A stretch of 64,000 nucleotides of DNA, taken from the human T2T-CHM13v2.0 reference genome, Homo sapiens. Made by a program: the position numbers and the translations under genes. Below are positions 13,401 through 27,229 of this stretch, piece after piece. The stretch lies in the NCBI RefSeq assembly GCF_009914755.1, contig NC_060925.1. The stretch is one strand, 5' to 3'. The notes under the pieces are model-generated. The model saw only the letters and a list, made by a program, of their open reading frames with translations. It ran no database searches and had not been told where the DNA came from. Positions within the stretch are counted from its first letter, which is position 1, and every line of letters starts with the position of its first letter.

Positions 13401-16400
13401 ATGCCCGGCTGGTGGATAAGCTTTTTGATATGCTGCTGGATTCAGTTTGCCTGTATTTTATTGAGGATTTTCACATCAATGTTCATCAGGGATATTGGCC
13501 TAAAATTTTCTTTTTTTGTTGTGTCTCTGCCAGGTTTTGGTATCAGGATGATGCTGGCCTCATAAAATGAGTTAGGGAGGAGTCCCTCTTTTTTTATTGT
13601 TTGGAATAGTTTCAGAAGGAATGGCACCAGCTCCTCTTTGTATCTCTGGTAGAATTCGGCTGTGAATCCATCTAGTCCTGGGCTTTTTTTGGTTGGTAGG
13701 TTATTAATTACTGCCTCAAATTCAGAACTTTTTATTGGTCTATTTAGGGATTTGATTTCCTTCTGGTTTAATCTTGGGAGGGTGTATGTGTCCAGGAATT
13801 TATCCATTTCTTCTAGATTTTCTAGTATTTGTGTAGAGGTGTTTGTAGTATTCTCTGACGGTAGATTGTATTTCTGTGGGATCAGTGGCAATGTCCCCTT
13901 TATCATTTTTTATTGTGTCTATTTGATTCTTCTCTTTTCTTCATTAGTCTGACTAGCTATCTATTTTGTTGATCTTTGCAAAAAACAGCTCTTGGATTCA
14001 TTGATTTTTGAAGGGTATTTAGTGTCTCTATCTCCTTCAGTTCTGCTCTGATTTTAATTATTTCTTGTCTTCTGTTAGCTTTTGAATTTGTTTGCTCTTG
14101 CTTCTCTAGTTCTTTTAAGTGTGATGTCAGATGTGAATTTTAGATTTCTCTTGCTTTCCCTTGTGAGCATTTAGTGCTATGTTTCCCACTACATACTGCT
14201 TTGGCTGTGTCCCAGAGATTCTGGTACATTGTGTCTTTGTTCTCATTGGCCTTAAAGAACTTATTTATATCTGCCTTAATTTTTTTATTTACCCAGTAGT
14301 CATTCAGGGCAGATTGTTCAGTTTCCATGTAGTTGTGTGGTTTTGAGTGAGTTTCTTAATCCTGAGTTCTAATTTGATTGTACTGCGGTCTGAGAGACAG
14401 TTTGTTATGATTTCCATTCTTTTGCATTTGCTGAGGAGTGTTTTACTTCTAATTATGTGGTCAGTTTTAGAATAAATGTGATGTGGTGCTGAGAAGAATG
14501 TGTCTTCTGTCAATTTGGGGTGGAGAGTTCTGTAGATGTCTATTAGGTCCTCTTGTTCCAGAGCTGAGTTCAAGTCCTGGATATCCTTGTTAATTTTCTG
14601 TCTCATTGATCTGTCTAATATTGACAGTGGGGTGTTAAAGTCTCCCATTATTATTGTGTGGGAGTCTAAGTCTCTTTGTAGGTCTCTAAGAACTTGCTTT
14701 ATAAATCTGGGTCCTTCTGTATTGGGCACATATCTATTTAGGATAGTTAGCTCTTTTTGTTGCATTGATCCCTTTACCATTATGTGATGCTTTTCTTTGT
14801 CCTTTTTTATCTTTGTTGTTTTAAAGTCTGTTTTATCAGAGACTAGGATTGCAATCCCTGCTTTTTTTTTCTTTTCATTTGCTTGGTAAATATTGCTCCA
14901 GCCCTTTATTCTGAGCCTATGTGTGTCTTTGCCCATGAGATGGGTCTCCTGGATACAGCACACTGATGGGTCTTGACTCTTTATCCAATTTGCTAGCCTG
15001 TGTCTTCTGATTGGGGCATTTAGCCCATTTACATTTAAGGTTAATATTGTTATGTGTGAATTTGATCCTGTCATTATGATGCTAGCTGGTTATTTTGCCC
15101 GTTAGTTGATGCAGTTTCTTCATAGTGTCGATGGTCTTTACAATTTGGTATGTTTTTGCAGTGGGTGGTACCGGTTGTTCTTTTCCATGTTTAGTGGTTC
15201 CTACAGGAACTCTTGTAAGACAGGCCTGGTGGTGACAAAATCTCTCAGCATTTGCTTATCTGTAAAGAATTTTATTTCTTCTTCACTTATGAAGCTTAGT
15301 TTGGCTGGATATGAAATTCTGGGTTGTAAATTCTTTTCTTTAAGAATGTTGAATATTGTCCTCCACTCTCTTCTGCCTTGTAGGGTTTCTGCCAAGAGAT
15401 CTGCTGTTAGTCTGATGGGCTTCCCTTTGTGGGTAACCCGACCTTTTTCTCTGGCTACTCTTAACATTTTTTCCTTCATTTCAACCATGGTGAATCTGAA
15501 GATTATGTATCTTGGGGTTGCTCTTCTCGAAGAATATCTTTGTGGAGTTCTCTGTATTTCCTGAATGTGAATGTTGGCCTATATTGCTAGGTTGGGGAAG
15601 TTCTCTTGGATAATATCCTAAAGTGTGTTTTCCAGCTTGGTTTCATTCTCCCCATCACTTTCAGGTACACCAATAAATGAAGGTTTGGTCTTTTCAGATA
15701 GTCCCATATTTCTTGGAGGCTCTGTTCATTTCTTTTCATTCTTTCTTCTCTAATCTTGTCTTCATGCTTTATTTCATTAAGCTGATCTTCAGTCACTGAT
15801 ATCCTTTCTTCTGCTTGATGGATTCAGCTATTGATACTTGTGTATGCTTCACGAAGTTCTTGTGCTGTGTTTTTCAGCTCCATTAGGTCATTTTTGCTCT
15901 TCTCTAAACTGGTTATTCTAGTTAGCAATTCCTTTAATCTTTTTTCAAGCTTCTTAGCTTCCTTGCATTGGGTTAGAATATACTCCTTTAGCTTGGAGGA
16001 GTTTGTTATTACCCACCTGCTGAAGCCTATTTCTGTCAATTCATCACACTCATTCTCCTTCCAGCTTTGTGCCCTTGCTGATGAGGAGCTGTGTTCCTTT
16101 GGAGGTGAAGAGGCATTCTGGTTTTTGGAATTTTCAGCCTTTTTGCACTGTTTTTTCCCCACCTTCATGGATTTATCTCCCTTGGTCTTTGATGTTGGTG
16201 AGCTTCAGATGGAGTTTCTGTGTTGACATCCTTTTGGTTAATGTTGATGCTATTCCTTTCTGTTTGTTAGTTTTCCTTCGAACAGTCAGGCCCCTCTGCT
16301 GCAGGCCTGCTGGAGTTTGCTGGAGGTCCATTCCAGACCCTGTTTGCCTGTATCATTACGGAGGCTGCAGAACAGCAAAGATTGCTACCTGTTCCTTCCT

Positions 16401-17439
16401 CTGGAAGCTTCATCCCAGAAGGGCACCTGCCAAATGCCAGCTCGAGCTCTCCTGTATAAGGTGTCTGTCGACCCCTGTTGGGAGGTGTCTCCCAGTCAGG
16501 AGGCATGGGGGTCAGGAACCCACTTGAGGAGGCAGTCTGTCCCTTAGCAGTGCTAGAGCGCTGTGCTGGGAGAACCGCTGCTCCCTTCAGAGCCAGCAGG
16601 CAGGAATGCTTAAGTCTGATGAAGCTAAGCCCACATCCGCCCCTTCCCCCAGGTGCTCTGTCCCAGAGAGATGGGAGTTTGATCTCTAAACCTCTGACTG
16701 AGGTTGCTGCCTTTCCTTTAGAGATGCCCTGCCCAAAGAGGAGGAATCTAGAGAGGCAGTCTGGCTACAGCAGCTTTGCTGAACTGCCCTGGGGTCTGCC
16801 CAGTTCAAACTTCCTGGCAGCTTTGTTTACACTGTGAGGGGAAAACCGCCTACTCAAACCTCAGTAGTGGTGGATGCCCCTGTCCCCACCAAGCTCGAGC
16901 TTTCCAGGTCGGCTTCAGACTGCTGTGCTGGCAGCAAGAATTTCAAGGCAGTGGATCTTAGCTTGCTGGGCTCCATGGGGGTAAGATCCGCTGAGCTACA
17001 CCATTTGGCTTTCTGGCTTCAGCCCCCCTTTTCAGGGGAATAAATGGTTCTGTCTCACTGGTGTTCCAGGTGCCACTGGGGTATGGGAAACAAAACAAAA
17101 CAAAACCTCCTGCAGCTAGCTTGGTGTCTACCCAAATGGCCACCCAGTTTTGTGCTTGGAACCCAGGGCCCTGGTGGTGTAGGCACCTGAGGGAATCTCC
17201 TGGTCTGCAGATTGTGAAGACCATGGGAAAAGCGTAGTATCTGGGCTGAAGTGCAATATTCTTCATGGGACAGTCCCTCCCAGCTTCCCTTGGCTAGGGG
17301 AGAGATCCTCAACCCCTTGCGCTTCCAAGGTGAGCTGGGTACCTCAACTGGAAATGCAGAAATCACCCCACTTCTGAGTTGATCTCACTGGTTGCTGCAG
17401 ACTGTAGCTGTTCCTATCTTGTCATCTTGCCCAGTAGTC
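10474..17439 (-). mobile_element. Full-length decayed L1PA (L1PA7/8-like) with a 3'-transduced segment, flanked by a TSD
   Basis: 5'UTR ~16170-17439, ORF1 fragments 15201-16168, ORF2 fragments 10962-15074, L1 3' end ~10750 and poly(T) at 10474-10487. TSD AAGTGCACAAAT at 10463-10474 and 17440-17451. Confidence 0.95.
13115..13410 (-). mobile_element. AluY inserted into L1 ORF2
   Basis: Full Alu dimer with poly(T) and Y-type diagnostics (gcaagttccgcc...tgccattctcc; tgtgttagccaggatggtctcgatc). TSD GGTGGATAAGCTTTTT at 13099-13114 and 13411-13426. Confidence 0.93.
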
Positions 17440-18466
17440 AAGTGCACAAATCTTAATTGTGCAATGTGAATTGGAAATTTCACTTTCCATCTATATACTT
17501 TTTCCATTTGGAGGTGATTATTTTATTGTGGTAAAATAACCTAAATTATATATCGTGGCTATGTAATCTAAAATTTATCATTTTAACCATTTTAAGTGTA
17601 CAATTTAGTGGCATTAATGCACAATGTTGTGCAGTCATCAACACTATTTCCAAAGCCTTTTCATTACCCCAAACGGAAACAGTGACCATTAAGCAATGGC
17701 TCCCCGTTCCCTTTTCCTTCAGTCCCTAGTAACCTATAATCTACTTATTGTTTCTATTAATTTGCAGGTACCTTATATAAGTGGAATCATACAACATTTG
17801 TCTTTTTGTGTCTGGCTTATTTCACTTAGCATAATGTATTCAAGGTTTATCCATGTTGTAGCATGTATCAGAATTGTATCCTTTTTTACAACTAAATAAT
17901 ATTCCATTATATGTATGTACCACATTTGCTTATCTATTCATCTATTGGTGGATACTTGGGTTGTTTCTATCTTTTCTCTATTGTGAATAATGCTGCTATG
18001 AACATTGGTGTACAGGTATCTGTTTGAATTCCTGCTCTCCATTTCTTTGGATTCACCTAGGAGTGAAATTGTTGGATCATATGGTAATTCTATGTTTACC
18101 TGTTGAGGAACTGCCAAACTGTTTTTCATGATGGCTTCATCATTTTACATTCTCACCTGCAATTGGAAAAAGGGTTCTAATTTTTCCATATCTTTGCCAA
18201 TATTTTTTATTTTTCATTTTTTGATAATGATTATCCTAATGAATGTGAAGTGGTATCTCATTATGGTTTTGACTTATATTTCCTTAATTACTAATAATGT
18301 TGAGTATCTTTTCATGTGCTTATTGGCCTTATTGGCAATTTGTATATCTTCTTTGGAATAATATCTATTTAAGTCCTTTGCCCAAATTTAACTTGGATTT
18401 TTTTTTGGGGGGGGGGTTGTAGAGTTCTTTATGTATTCTAGATATTAATTCCTCATCAGATATTTG

Positions 18467-18469
<3 letters not shown>

Positions 18470-18513
<44 letters not shown>

Positions 18514-20400
18514 GCCCCACCCCCCACCTTACCGAGGCTGGACTGTACTGCCGTGATCTCACCTCACTGCAACCTCCCTACCTCGGGCTCCCTTGATTCT
18601 CCGGCCTCAGCCTGCCGAATGCCTGGGATTCCAGGCATGTGCTGCCACACCTGACTGGTTTTTGTATTTTTGGTGGAGACGGGGTTTTGCCGTGTTGACT
18701 GGGCTGGTCTCCAGCTCCTGACCTCGAGTGATCTGCCCGCCTCGGCCTCCCGAGGTGCTGGGATTGCAGACGGAGTCGCGCTCATTCAATGCTCAATGTT
18801 GCCCAGGCTGGAGTGCAGTGGCATGATCTCAGCTCGCTACAACCTCCACCTCCCAGCTGCCTGCCTTGGCCTCCCAAAGTGCTAAGATCACAGCCTCTGC
18901 CTAGCCGCCACCCCGTCTAGGAAGTGAGGAGCGTCTCTGCCTGGCCGCCCATTGTCTGGGATGTCAGGAGACCCTCTGCCTGGCCACCCCATCTGGGAAG
19001 TGAGGATCACCTCTGCCCAGCCACCACCCCGTCTAGGAAGTGATGAGCGTCTCTGCCTGGCCGCCCATCATCTGGGATGTGAGGAGCACCTATGCCCGGC
19101 CGCCCCGTCTGGGAAGTGAGGAGTGCCTCTGCCCAGCCGCCACCCCATCTGGGAGGTGAGGAGCATCTCTGCCCAGCTGCCACCCCGTCTGGGAAGTGAG
19201 GAGTGCCTCTGCCCAGCCACCACCCCATCTGGGATGTGAGGGGCGCCTCTGCCCGGCTGCCACCCCATCTGGGAAGTGAGGAGCGCCTCTGCCCGGCCGC
19301 CCTGTCTGGGAGGTGAGGAGCGCCTCTGCCCAGCCACCCCATCGGGGAGGGGAGGAGTGCCTCTGTCCAGCCACCCTGTCTGGGAGGTGAGGAGCACCTC
19401 TGCCCGGCTGCCCTGTCTGGGAAGTGAGGAGCCCCTCTGCCTGGCCACCCATCATCTGGGAGGTGAGGAGTTCCTCTGCCCGGCCGCCCTTCATCTGGGA
19501 GGTGAGGTGCGCCTCTGCCCAGCCGCCCCACCTAGGAAGTGAGCGCCTCTGCCCAGCCACCCCGTCTGCGAGGTGAGGAGCGTCTCTGCCCAGCCACCCC
19601 TTCTGGGAGGTGAGGAGTGTCTCTGCCCGGCCGACCTGTCTGGGAAGTGAGGAGAACCTCTGCCCAGCTGCCTATTGTCTGGGAAGTGAGGAGCACCTCT
19701 GCCTGGCCACCCCGTCTGGGATGTGAGGAGCACCTCTGCCCGGCCGCCCCATCTGGGATATGAGGAGTGCCTCTGCCCGGCCGCCACCCCGTCTGGGAAG
19801 TGAGGAGCACCTCTGCCTGGCCGCTGTGCAATCTTCCAAGTGTGAAGTGACAGCCTTTCTGCAGGTGTACCCAACAGCTCTGAAGAGACAGCAACCATTG
19901 AGATCGGGCCATGATGACAATGGCGGTTTTGTCGAAAAGAAAAGGGGGAAATGTGGGTAAAAGAAAGAGAGATCAGGTTGTTACTGTGTCTGTGTAGAAA
20001 GAAGTAGACATAGGAGACTCCATTTTGTTCTGTACTAAGAAAAATTCGTCTGCCTTGGGATGCTGTTAATCTATAACCTTACCCACAACCCCGTGCTCTC
20101 TGAAACATGTGCTGTGTCAACTCAGGGTTAAATGGATTAAGGGCGGTGCAAGATGTGCTTTGTTAAACAGATGCTTGAAGGCAGCATGCTCGTTAAGAGT
20201 CATCACCACTCCCTAATCTCAGGTACCCAGGGACACAAACACTGTGGAAGGCTGCAGGGACCTCTGCCTAGGAAAACCAGAGACCTTTGTTCACGTGTTT
20301 ATCTGCTGACCTTCTCTCCACTATTATGCTATGACCCTGCCACATCCCCCTCTCCAAGAAACACCCAAGAATGATCAATAAATACTAAAAAAAAAAAAAA
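18470..20400 (+). mobile_element. SVA retrotransposon, old subfamily (SVA_A-like)
   Basis: In order: (CT)n head, antisense Alu-like domain (~18530-18890), GC-rich ~40-bp VNTR (~18890-19820), SINE-R (HERV-K LTR-like, ~19860-20385), AATAAA 20377-20382, poly(A) 20387-20400. TSD AGATATTTGATT at 18458-18469 and 20401-20412. Confidence 0.95.
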
Positions 20401-20505
20401 AGATATTTGATTTGTTAATATTCTCTCCAATTCTGTGTGTTGTCTTTTCACTCTCTTCACAGTGTCTTTTGATACAGTATAATTTTTTATTTTGGTGAAG
20501 TCTAA

Positions 20506-20788
<283 letters not shown>

Positions 20789-22309
20789 TATATATATTAC
20801 AGATATAGAAAGAAATATCTAGATTTCTTTTGGTGCCTGTGCCTTTATTGTCATATTTAAGAAATCGTTGCCAAATGCAATGTCATTAAGATTTTCTATA
20901 TGTTTTCTTCTAAGATTTTTATAGTTTTGGCTCTTACAGATAAGTCTTTGTTATGTTTTCAGTTAATTTTTATATATAGTATGTGGTAGGGGTCCAACTT
21001 CATTCTTTTGCACGTAGATGTCCAGTTGTCCCAGAACGAATTGTTGAAATGACTGGCCTTTCCCTCATTGAGTGCTTTTAGAGCCCTTGCCAAAGATCGT
21101 TTGACTACATATTAAAGGGTTTACTTCTGGGCTCTCGACTCTATTTCATTGGTCTGTATTTGATTACTGTACCTTTGTAGTAAGTTTTGAAATCAGGAAG
21201 TATGAGGCCTCTAACTTTCTTCTTTTTTGAGACTATTTTGGCTACTTGGTGTCCGTTTAGATTCAATATGAATTTTAGTATGAGTTTTCCTATTTGTGCA
21301 AAAAAATCTTTGGGATGTGATAGGGATTGCATTGAATCTGTAGATTGTATTGCCATCTTAATAATATTAAATCCATGAACACAGGATGTCTTTCCGTTTA
21401 TGTATGTCTTCTATAATTTCTTTCAGCAATGCCTTAGAGCTTTCAGTGTACAAATATTCCCCTACTTGGTTAAGTTTATTCCTAAGTATTTTATTCTTTT
21501 TGAAGTTATTGTAAATTAAATTGTTTTTCTTATTTTTTGGATTGTTTATTGTGAGTTTATAGAAATGGAACTGATTTTTACAGTTGATTTTGTATCCTGT
21601 AACTTTGCTGAATTTTTAATTAGCCCTAAGAGTTTTTGTGTGTGTGCTTGTGTGGATTTTATACACATGAGATTATATTATCTTTAGGATTTTATATATA
21701 TGAGATTATATTATCCATGAACAGAAATCATTTTGCTTCTTCCTTTCTAATTAAGATGTCTTTTATTTCTTGTTCTTGTCTAATTTTTCTAGCTAGATCT
21801 TCTAATGCTACACTGAACACAACTGGTAAAAGTGAGCATCTTGTCTTGTTCCTAATTTTAGGAGAAAAACTTACAGTCTTTCACCATTGTATGTGATGTT
21901 AACTGTGGATTTTTAATATATGGGCTTTATTGTGTAAAAAGTTCCCTTGTATTTCTAGCTTGTTGGATAGTTTTTATCATGAAAGAATATTGAACTTTGT
22001 CAAATGCCTTTTCTGTGTCAATTAAAATGACCAGTTTTTTTCTTTCATTCTGTTAATGCAATATATTACATTGAATGATTTTTGTATGTTGAACTATCCT
22101 TGCATTCCAGGAATACATTTCACTGTCATGTTGTATAATCCTTTTAATATGCTGCTGAATTTTGTTTGCTACTTATTTTGTAAGAATTTTTATATAAATA
22201 TTTATAAGGAATATTGGTTTGTAGTTTTGTTTACTTTTAGTGTCTTTGTTTGGCTTTCGTATCAGGGTAGTGCTGGTGTCACAGAGTGAATTAGGAAGTG
22301 GTCTCTTCT

Positions 22310-22681
22310 TGTTAAGGACTGAGTGTTTATGCCTCTACAAAATGTATATATTGAAGCTCTAACCCCCAATGTGATGATATTTGGAGATGGGGACTTTGAG
22401 AGATAATTAGGTTTGGATGAGGTCATGTGAGTGGGACCCTCATGATGAGATAAGCATACTGATAAGAAAGGAGAGACTAAAGTTCTTGCTCTCTCTCTAC
22501 CACATGAGGGCGTATTGAGAAGTTGGCCACCTACAAGCCAGGGAGAGTTTCACCAGCAATTGAATCAGCTGGCACCTTGATCTTGGACATCGAAGCCTTC
22601 AGAACTGTGAGAAATAAATTTCAATTGTTTAAGCTACCAAGTCTGTGGTATTTTGTCATGGAAGACAGAGTGAATTAATAT
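22310..22681. mobile_element. MaLR solo LTR (MLT1A-like)
   Basis: tg...ggactgagtgttt...ctaacccccaatgtgatgatatttggagatgggg...cagaactgtgagaaataaatttc...gtctgtggtattttgt pattern. Confidence 0.8.
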
Positions 22682-23899
22682 ATTTATCTTCAATGTTTAG
22701 AAGAGTTTAAGAAGGATTAGTGTAAAATCTTTTAAAACTCTTTGGTGACCAGTGAAGCCTTCTGATCCAGGACTTCTCCTTGTTGGGAAGTTGTTTTAAA
22801 ATTATTTACTTAATATTCTTAGTAGTTATAGGTCTAATCAGATTTTCTATTTCTTCATGATTCAGTCTTTGTAAAAATTGTGTCTACTTCATCTATGTTA
22901 TCCAATTTGTTTGTAGTAGTCTCTTCTATTCATTTCTGAAAAATTGGTTGTAGTGTCCTCATTTTCATTTCCAATTTTAGTAATTTGAGCACTCTGTCTT
23001 TTTTTCCATAACCACTCTAACTAAATTTGCCAATTTCGTTGATCCTTTTAAGTAATCAACTTTTTGGTTCATTAATTTTCTCTGTTTTATCTCTGGTCTA
23101 ATCTTTATTATTTTCTTTATTTTGATAGCTTTGGGTTCATAGTAGTGGCACTTTCCCACTTGAGATCTGAATTAAGTGAAATAGAGACCAGTTCTTCATG
23201 GACTCCTAAGACAGATTAGAATATTGCAAATAAGATCTGTTATGTTCCCTCCCATTCAAGAGAGGGAACTGAGAAGTGAACTCCTGCCTCCTCTAAACAA
23301 GCTTTCTGTTGGGATGAGGAGGGGATGGGGCAAGGGCAAGAAAAATGCCATGGAACTTTTCCTACCATTTCAAAAGTGGCTTTTTCTTCATTGGGCATTT
23401 GATTGGTTGTTATAAAACTCTGACTGTTTTCCAGAGTCCCTATAAGGTTAATTCAACCATTTGGGTTTTTTTTTTGTTTGTTTGGCTGTTTTTTTATTAC
23501 TCTAAGTTGGGGGAAAGAGAGAGTTTGGAATTTCCTAGTCCACCACTTTGCTGACATCACTCTCTCTATCTCTAAACTTTTACACTGATTTTTAAAAAGA
23601 TGATAGAAATGTGTTCACATATTTCTTAAGTAACTAAAAATTAGTGACATTATCCAAGATCTTGGTGGATAAATAATATTCTCTCTGAAGAACCAATGCC
23701 CCTTAGAAAAATGACTGATTCTAGATGTGAGATAGCCTCTTATATGTATTTCTTGACTCACTTTACTAACAAGGATCTTCAATACAATACAGTTGAAGAG
23801 TAGCAGTGATCTTGTATTCACTGAATACAAGAATGGTTACTTGTATTCATTTCTTTATTAAGAATGCCTCTAATGTTTCCAATAAATGTTTGCTACATA

Positions 23900-24540
23900 T
23901 GCTGTATCAAGTTGTAAAAGTTTAACCCGAGCCAGTCATTTGCTTATTTGCTCTCAGCTCTATTCCCACCCTTCTGTGTTCTTTGTTTTTCAGAAGGTTA
24001 GAAGTCTGCAAACTACATTTATCATTTCCATTGTCAGATGGCTTCTGATTAGATTTTGTCACTGGGTGGTATTGGTTAAAGTTGGATGGAAGGAATAAAT
24101 TATATATTTTTCCATAATCTTGGTTTCTGGTAATGTTTTCAGTAGTGGCAGTGATAGCAGAAGATGAGTACCGCTTCAGGGTTCCTGGTGTAGCAGTGCA
24201 GTTCCAGCAAGCATGTCAGAAGTCTTGCTAGTGTGGTACTGGTGGGATCAGGCTTTGATGGTGGCATCTGCAGTGGTGAGTTATTTTTGTCTCCCAGAGT
24301 CTCACAGTTTTGACGAGACTGTGAACTCTTAGAATCTTGAAAGCTGGCAGCACTGATTCCCAAGACAAATTTCCATAGGGACAAAGTTCCATAGCAACTT
24401 CCTGGAATTATTAATTGCTTGGTAACCTCAGCTTCCCTGTTTTACTCCTCCATCACTTTTGGAATCAATTCCCTATATTCAGCTTGTTGAGTTTTCAGTA
24501 TTTAACATGGTCTCAGTTTTTTAAAATTGGATATTGACTA
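23900..24540. mobile_element. Old ERVL-class LTR (LTR33/LTR41-like)
   Basis: ctcagctctattcccacccttctg...tctgcaaactacattt motif; heavily decayed and boundaries approximate. Confidence 0.5.
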
Positions 24541-24829
24541 AAACACATTCTATTTTTAGCTTTCTTGAAAACTTTTTAAATCAGTCATGGGTATTCAGTT
24601 TTATCAAATATATATTGTAGACTATGTCAGGATGATTATTTTTTTCATCTCCTTTAATCTGTTTGAACAGCAAATTACAATAGATGGTTTCTTAAAGATA
24701 AATCATCCTGGCACTCTAAGGATAAAATCCTACTTGGTCGCATTTTTTTTTCTTTTAATGCATTGCTTTAAAATTGACTGAAGTTTAAGATTTTTAACAT
24801 TTATATTTATAAGTGAGATTGGACTATAT

Positions 24830-25165
24830 CAGGATGTGGCAGACTTTTTCTGTAAAGGTCCCAGTAGTGAATATTGGACTTTGTGGACCATACAATCTCC
24901 TTTGCAACTACTCAACTCTGCTGGTGTAGTATGGAAGCAGCCATAATAAACACATAAAAGAATGCGTGTTGGCTGTGTTTCAATAAAACTTTATTTATGG
25001 ATGCTGAAATTTGAATTTCACATAATTTTAACATGTCCCAAAATATTATTATTCTTTGAATTCTTTTCAACCATTTTAAAAATGTAAACTATTCTTAGTT
25101 CGTGGGTCAAATAAAAACAGATGGCAGACTGGATGTGGCCACACGCCATAGTTTGCTAACTCCTG
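24830..25165. mobile_element. MER58B-like hAT DNA transposon
   Basis: Termini caggatgtggcagacttt ... tagtttgctaactcctg. Degenerate 8-bp TSD GACTATAT / GCCTATGT. Confidence 0.8.
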
Positions 25166-25398
25166 GCCTATGTATCTCTTTGTGGGGGATCATCCTTATC
25201 TGGCTTTGGAATCAGTGTTATATTATAGTATTTAATGAATTTGGAAGCTTCCCACTGTTTTCTATGCCTTGGGACAGTTAAGATGACTGGGAATTATCCT
25301 TTCATTGTAGGTGATAGGACTAGCCCTTAAGACCATCTAGGCTGGTACACTTTTGGCAATTAGACCACTGAATATCTTTCCATTTTTTTTCAGGTTAA

Positions 25399-25855
<457 letters not shown>

Positions 25856-26056
25856 TGACATTAGCATGGCCAATATAACCATTATTTGTGTTTTGGAAAG
25901 ATCACTCTGGTTGTGGTGTAGAGAATGGATTGGACTGGGAGCAGGCACGACTGCAAGAGGTCAAGTGCTATTGTCTGGGTAAGAGATGATGGCAACCTGG
26001 ACTACTGTAGTTAGTGGTGAAAGAGAGGTAGATAGATTGTAGTGACATTCAGGAGT

Positions 26057-26620
26057 TGTGTTGGGGTTTTCAAGACCACCCCCAGATTCAGTCATTCAGT
26101 AGGAGGACTCACAAGACTCAGCATATAGCCATAGTCATGGCCGATTTATTACAGTGAATAAACACAAAGAAAATCAGCAAAGGCAAAAGGGCAAAGTCCA
26201 GAGGAAACCAGGTGCAAGCTTCTAGAGTCCTCTCATAGTGGAGTCAAACAGGATGTATGTAATTCCTTCAACAACATGTTGTGTCATGTTTGAAATGTAA
26301 TCTACCAAAGAAGCTCGATGGAGCCTAGGCATTTAGGGTTTTTCTCTGCAGGCAGTAACGTAGGCACCCTCTACCTAGCATGCACCAAAATTCCAGAATC
26401 CAAGAAAGAAAGCAGATATTCAGCAAAAAACAAATTGTTGTGCCAACAATTTAGGTACAGTGTAAGTACCTTATCAGGGAATTCTTATCAGGGAATGGTA
26501 GGAACCGTCCCAAAGTCCAAGTTCTCAGACACCAGCCAAGGGCCAACCTTATAAGCATGCCCTTCAAAGGACAGCAGTTTTAGCCCTGCTGTGTTAACTC
26601 TTCTGTGTCTCCTGCATAGC
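26057..26620. mobile_element. MER21-family LTR
   Basis: tgtgttggggttttcaagaccacccccag...aggactcacaagactcagcatatag...gctgtgttaactctt pattern; inserted in L2 remnants. Confidence 0.65.
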
Positions 26621-27229
26621 AGGTAAAATCAATATTTTCTAGCGCATTTCCAACCAAGGGTTTTATAGAATCTATGAAGGTAATATACTTCAGAAATAAA
26701 CAGTATACCTGGCTTTGTCGTTGATACATATGCCAAAGGATTGTAACATGCCAGCTAACACAGTTAAAGGCTGATAAACTATTGCGTCTTCAATAATTAA
26801 AGTATTACAAATTGAGGACTACTTGCACTGGGTCAGGCACTGTGGATACAAATGGTGACAAAACCACGCATGATCTGTGTCCTGATGGAACTCACAGTCC
26901 AGTGACGGAAGAGAGGAATTAATAAAATAATCACAGGGAGAAATATTTAAAGACAAAATTGAAAACTGCTGTAAAGGCAAGAGGTGTTGTACTATGAGCG
27001 CAAAACACGGGCATCAGATATGGCCTGGAGGAACAGGGAAAACTTCCCCCCAGGAAGGGACGCTTGAGCTTATCCCAGAAGAATGAATGGGCATTGTGTG
27101 AATGAGTGAAGCTGTGTATTGGAGGTAGTGAGGGTAAGGAGGTGGAGGTAATTTCAAGCTGAAAGTCCTATGGCTAATGTGTAGATGAAATGAAATGAAA
27201 TGTGCCAAACCTCAGAAAGCACTGGAGAA

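Noticed and set aside
14304-15074. 256-aa ORF spanning the L1 endonuclease domain, as a possibly domesticated nuclease
   Set aside because: The catalytic SDH motif reads SDR (His lost), the ORF frameshifts right after the domain, and the rest of the element is decayed. It is simply the longest surviving L1 frame.
15106-17366. Cluster of 100-150 aa ORFs on both strands
   Set aside because: Sense fragments and antisense frames of L1 ORF1 and the 5'UTR; no independent gene structure.
18890-19960. Tandem ~40-bp repeats with several overlapping 120-170 aa G/R/P-rich ORFs (CRISPR-like or repeat-protein appearance)
   Set aside because: This is the SVA VNTR: degenerate contiguous units with no unique spacers, flanked by Alu-like and SINE-R domains and a TSD. 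GC-rich repeats lack stop codons by composition.
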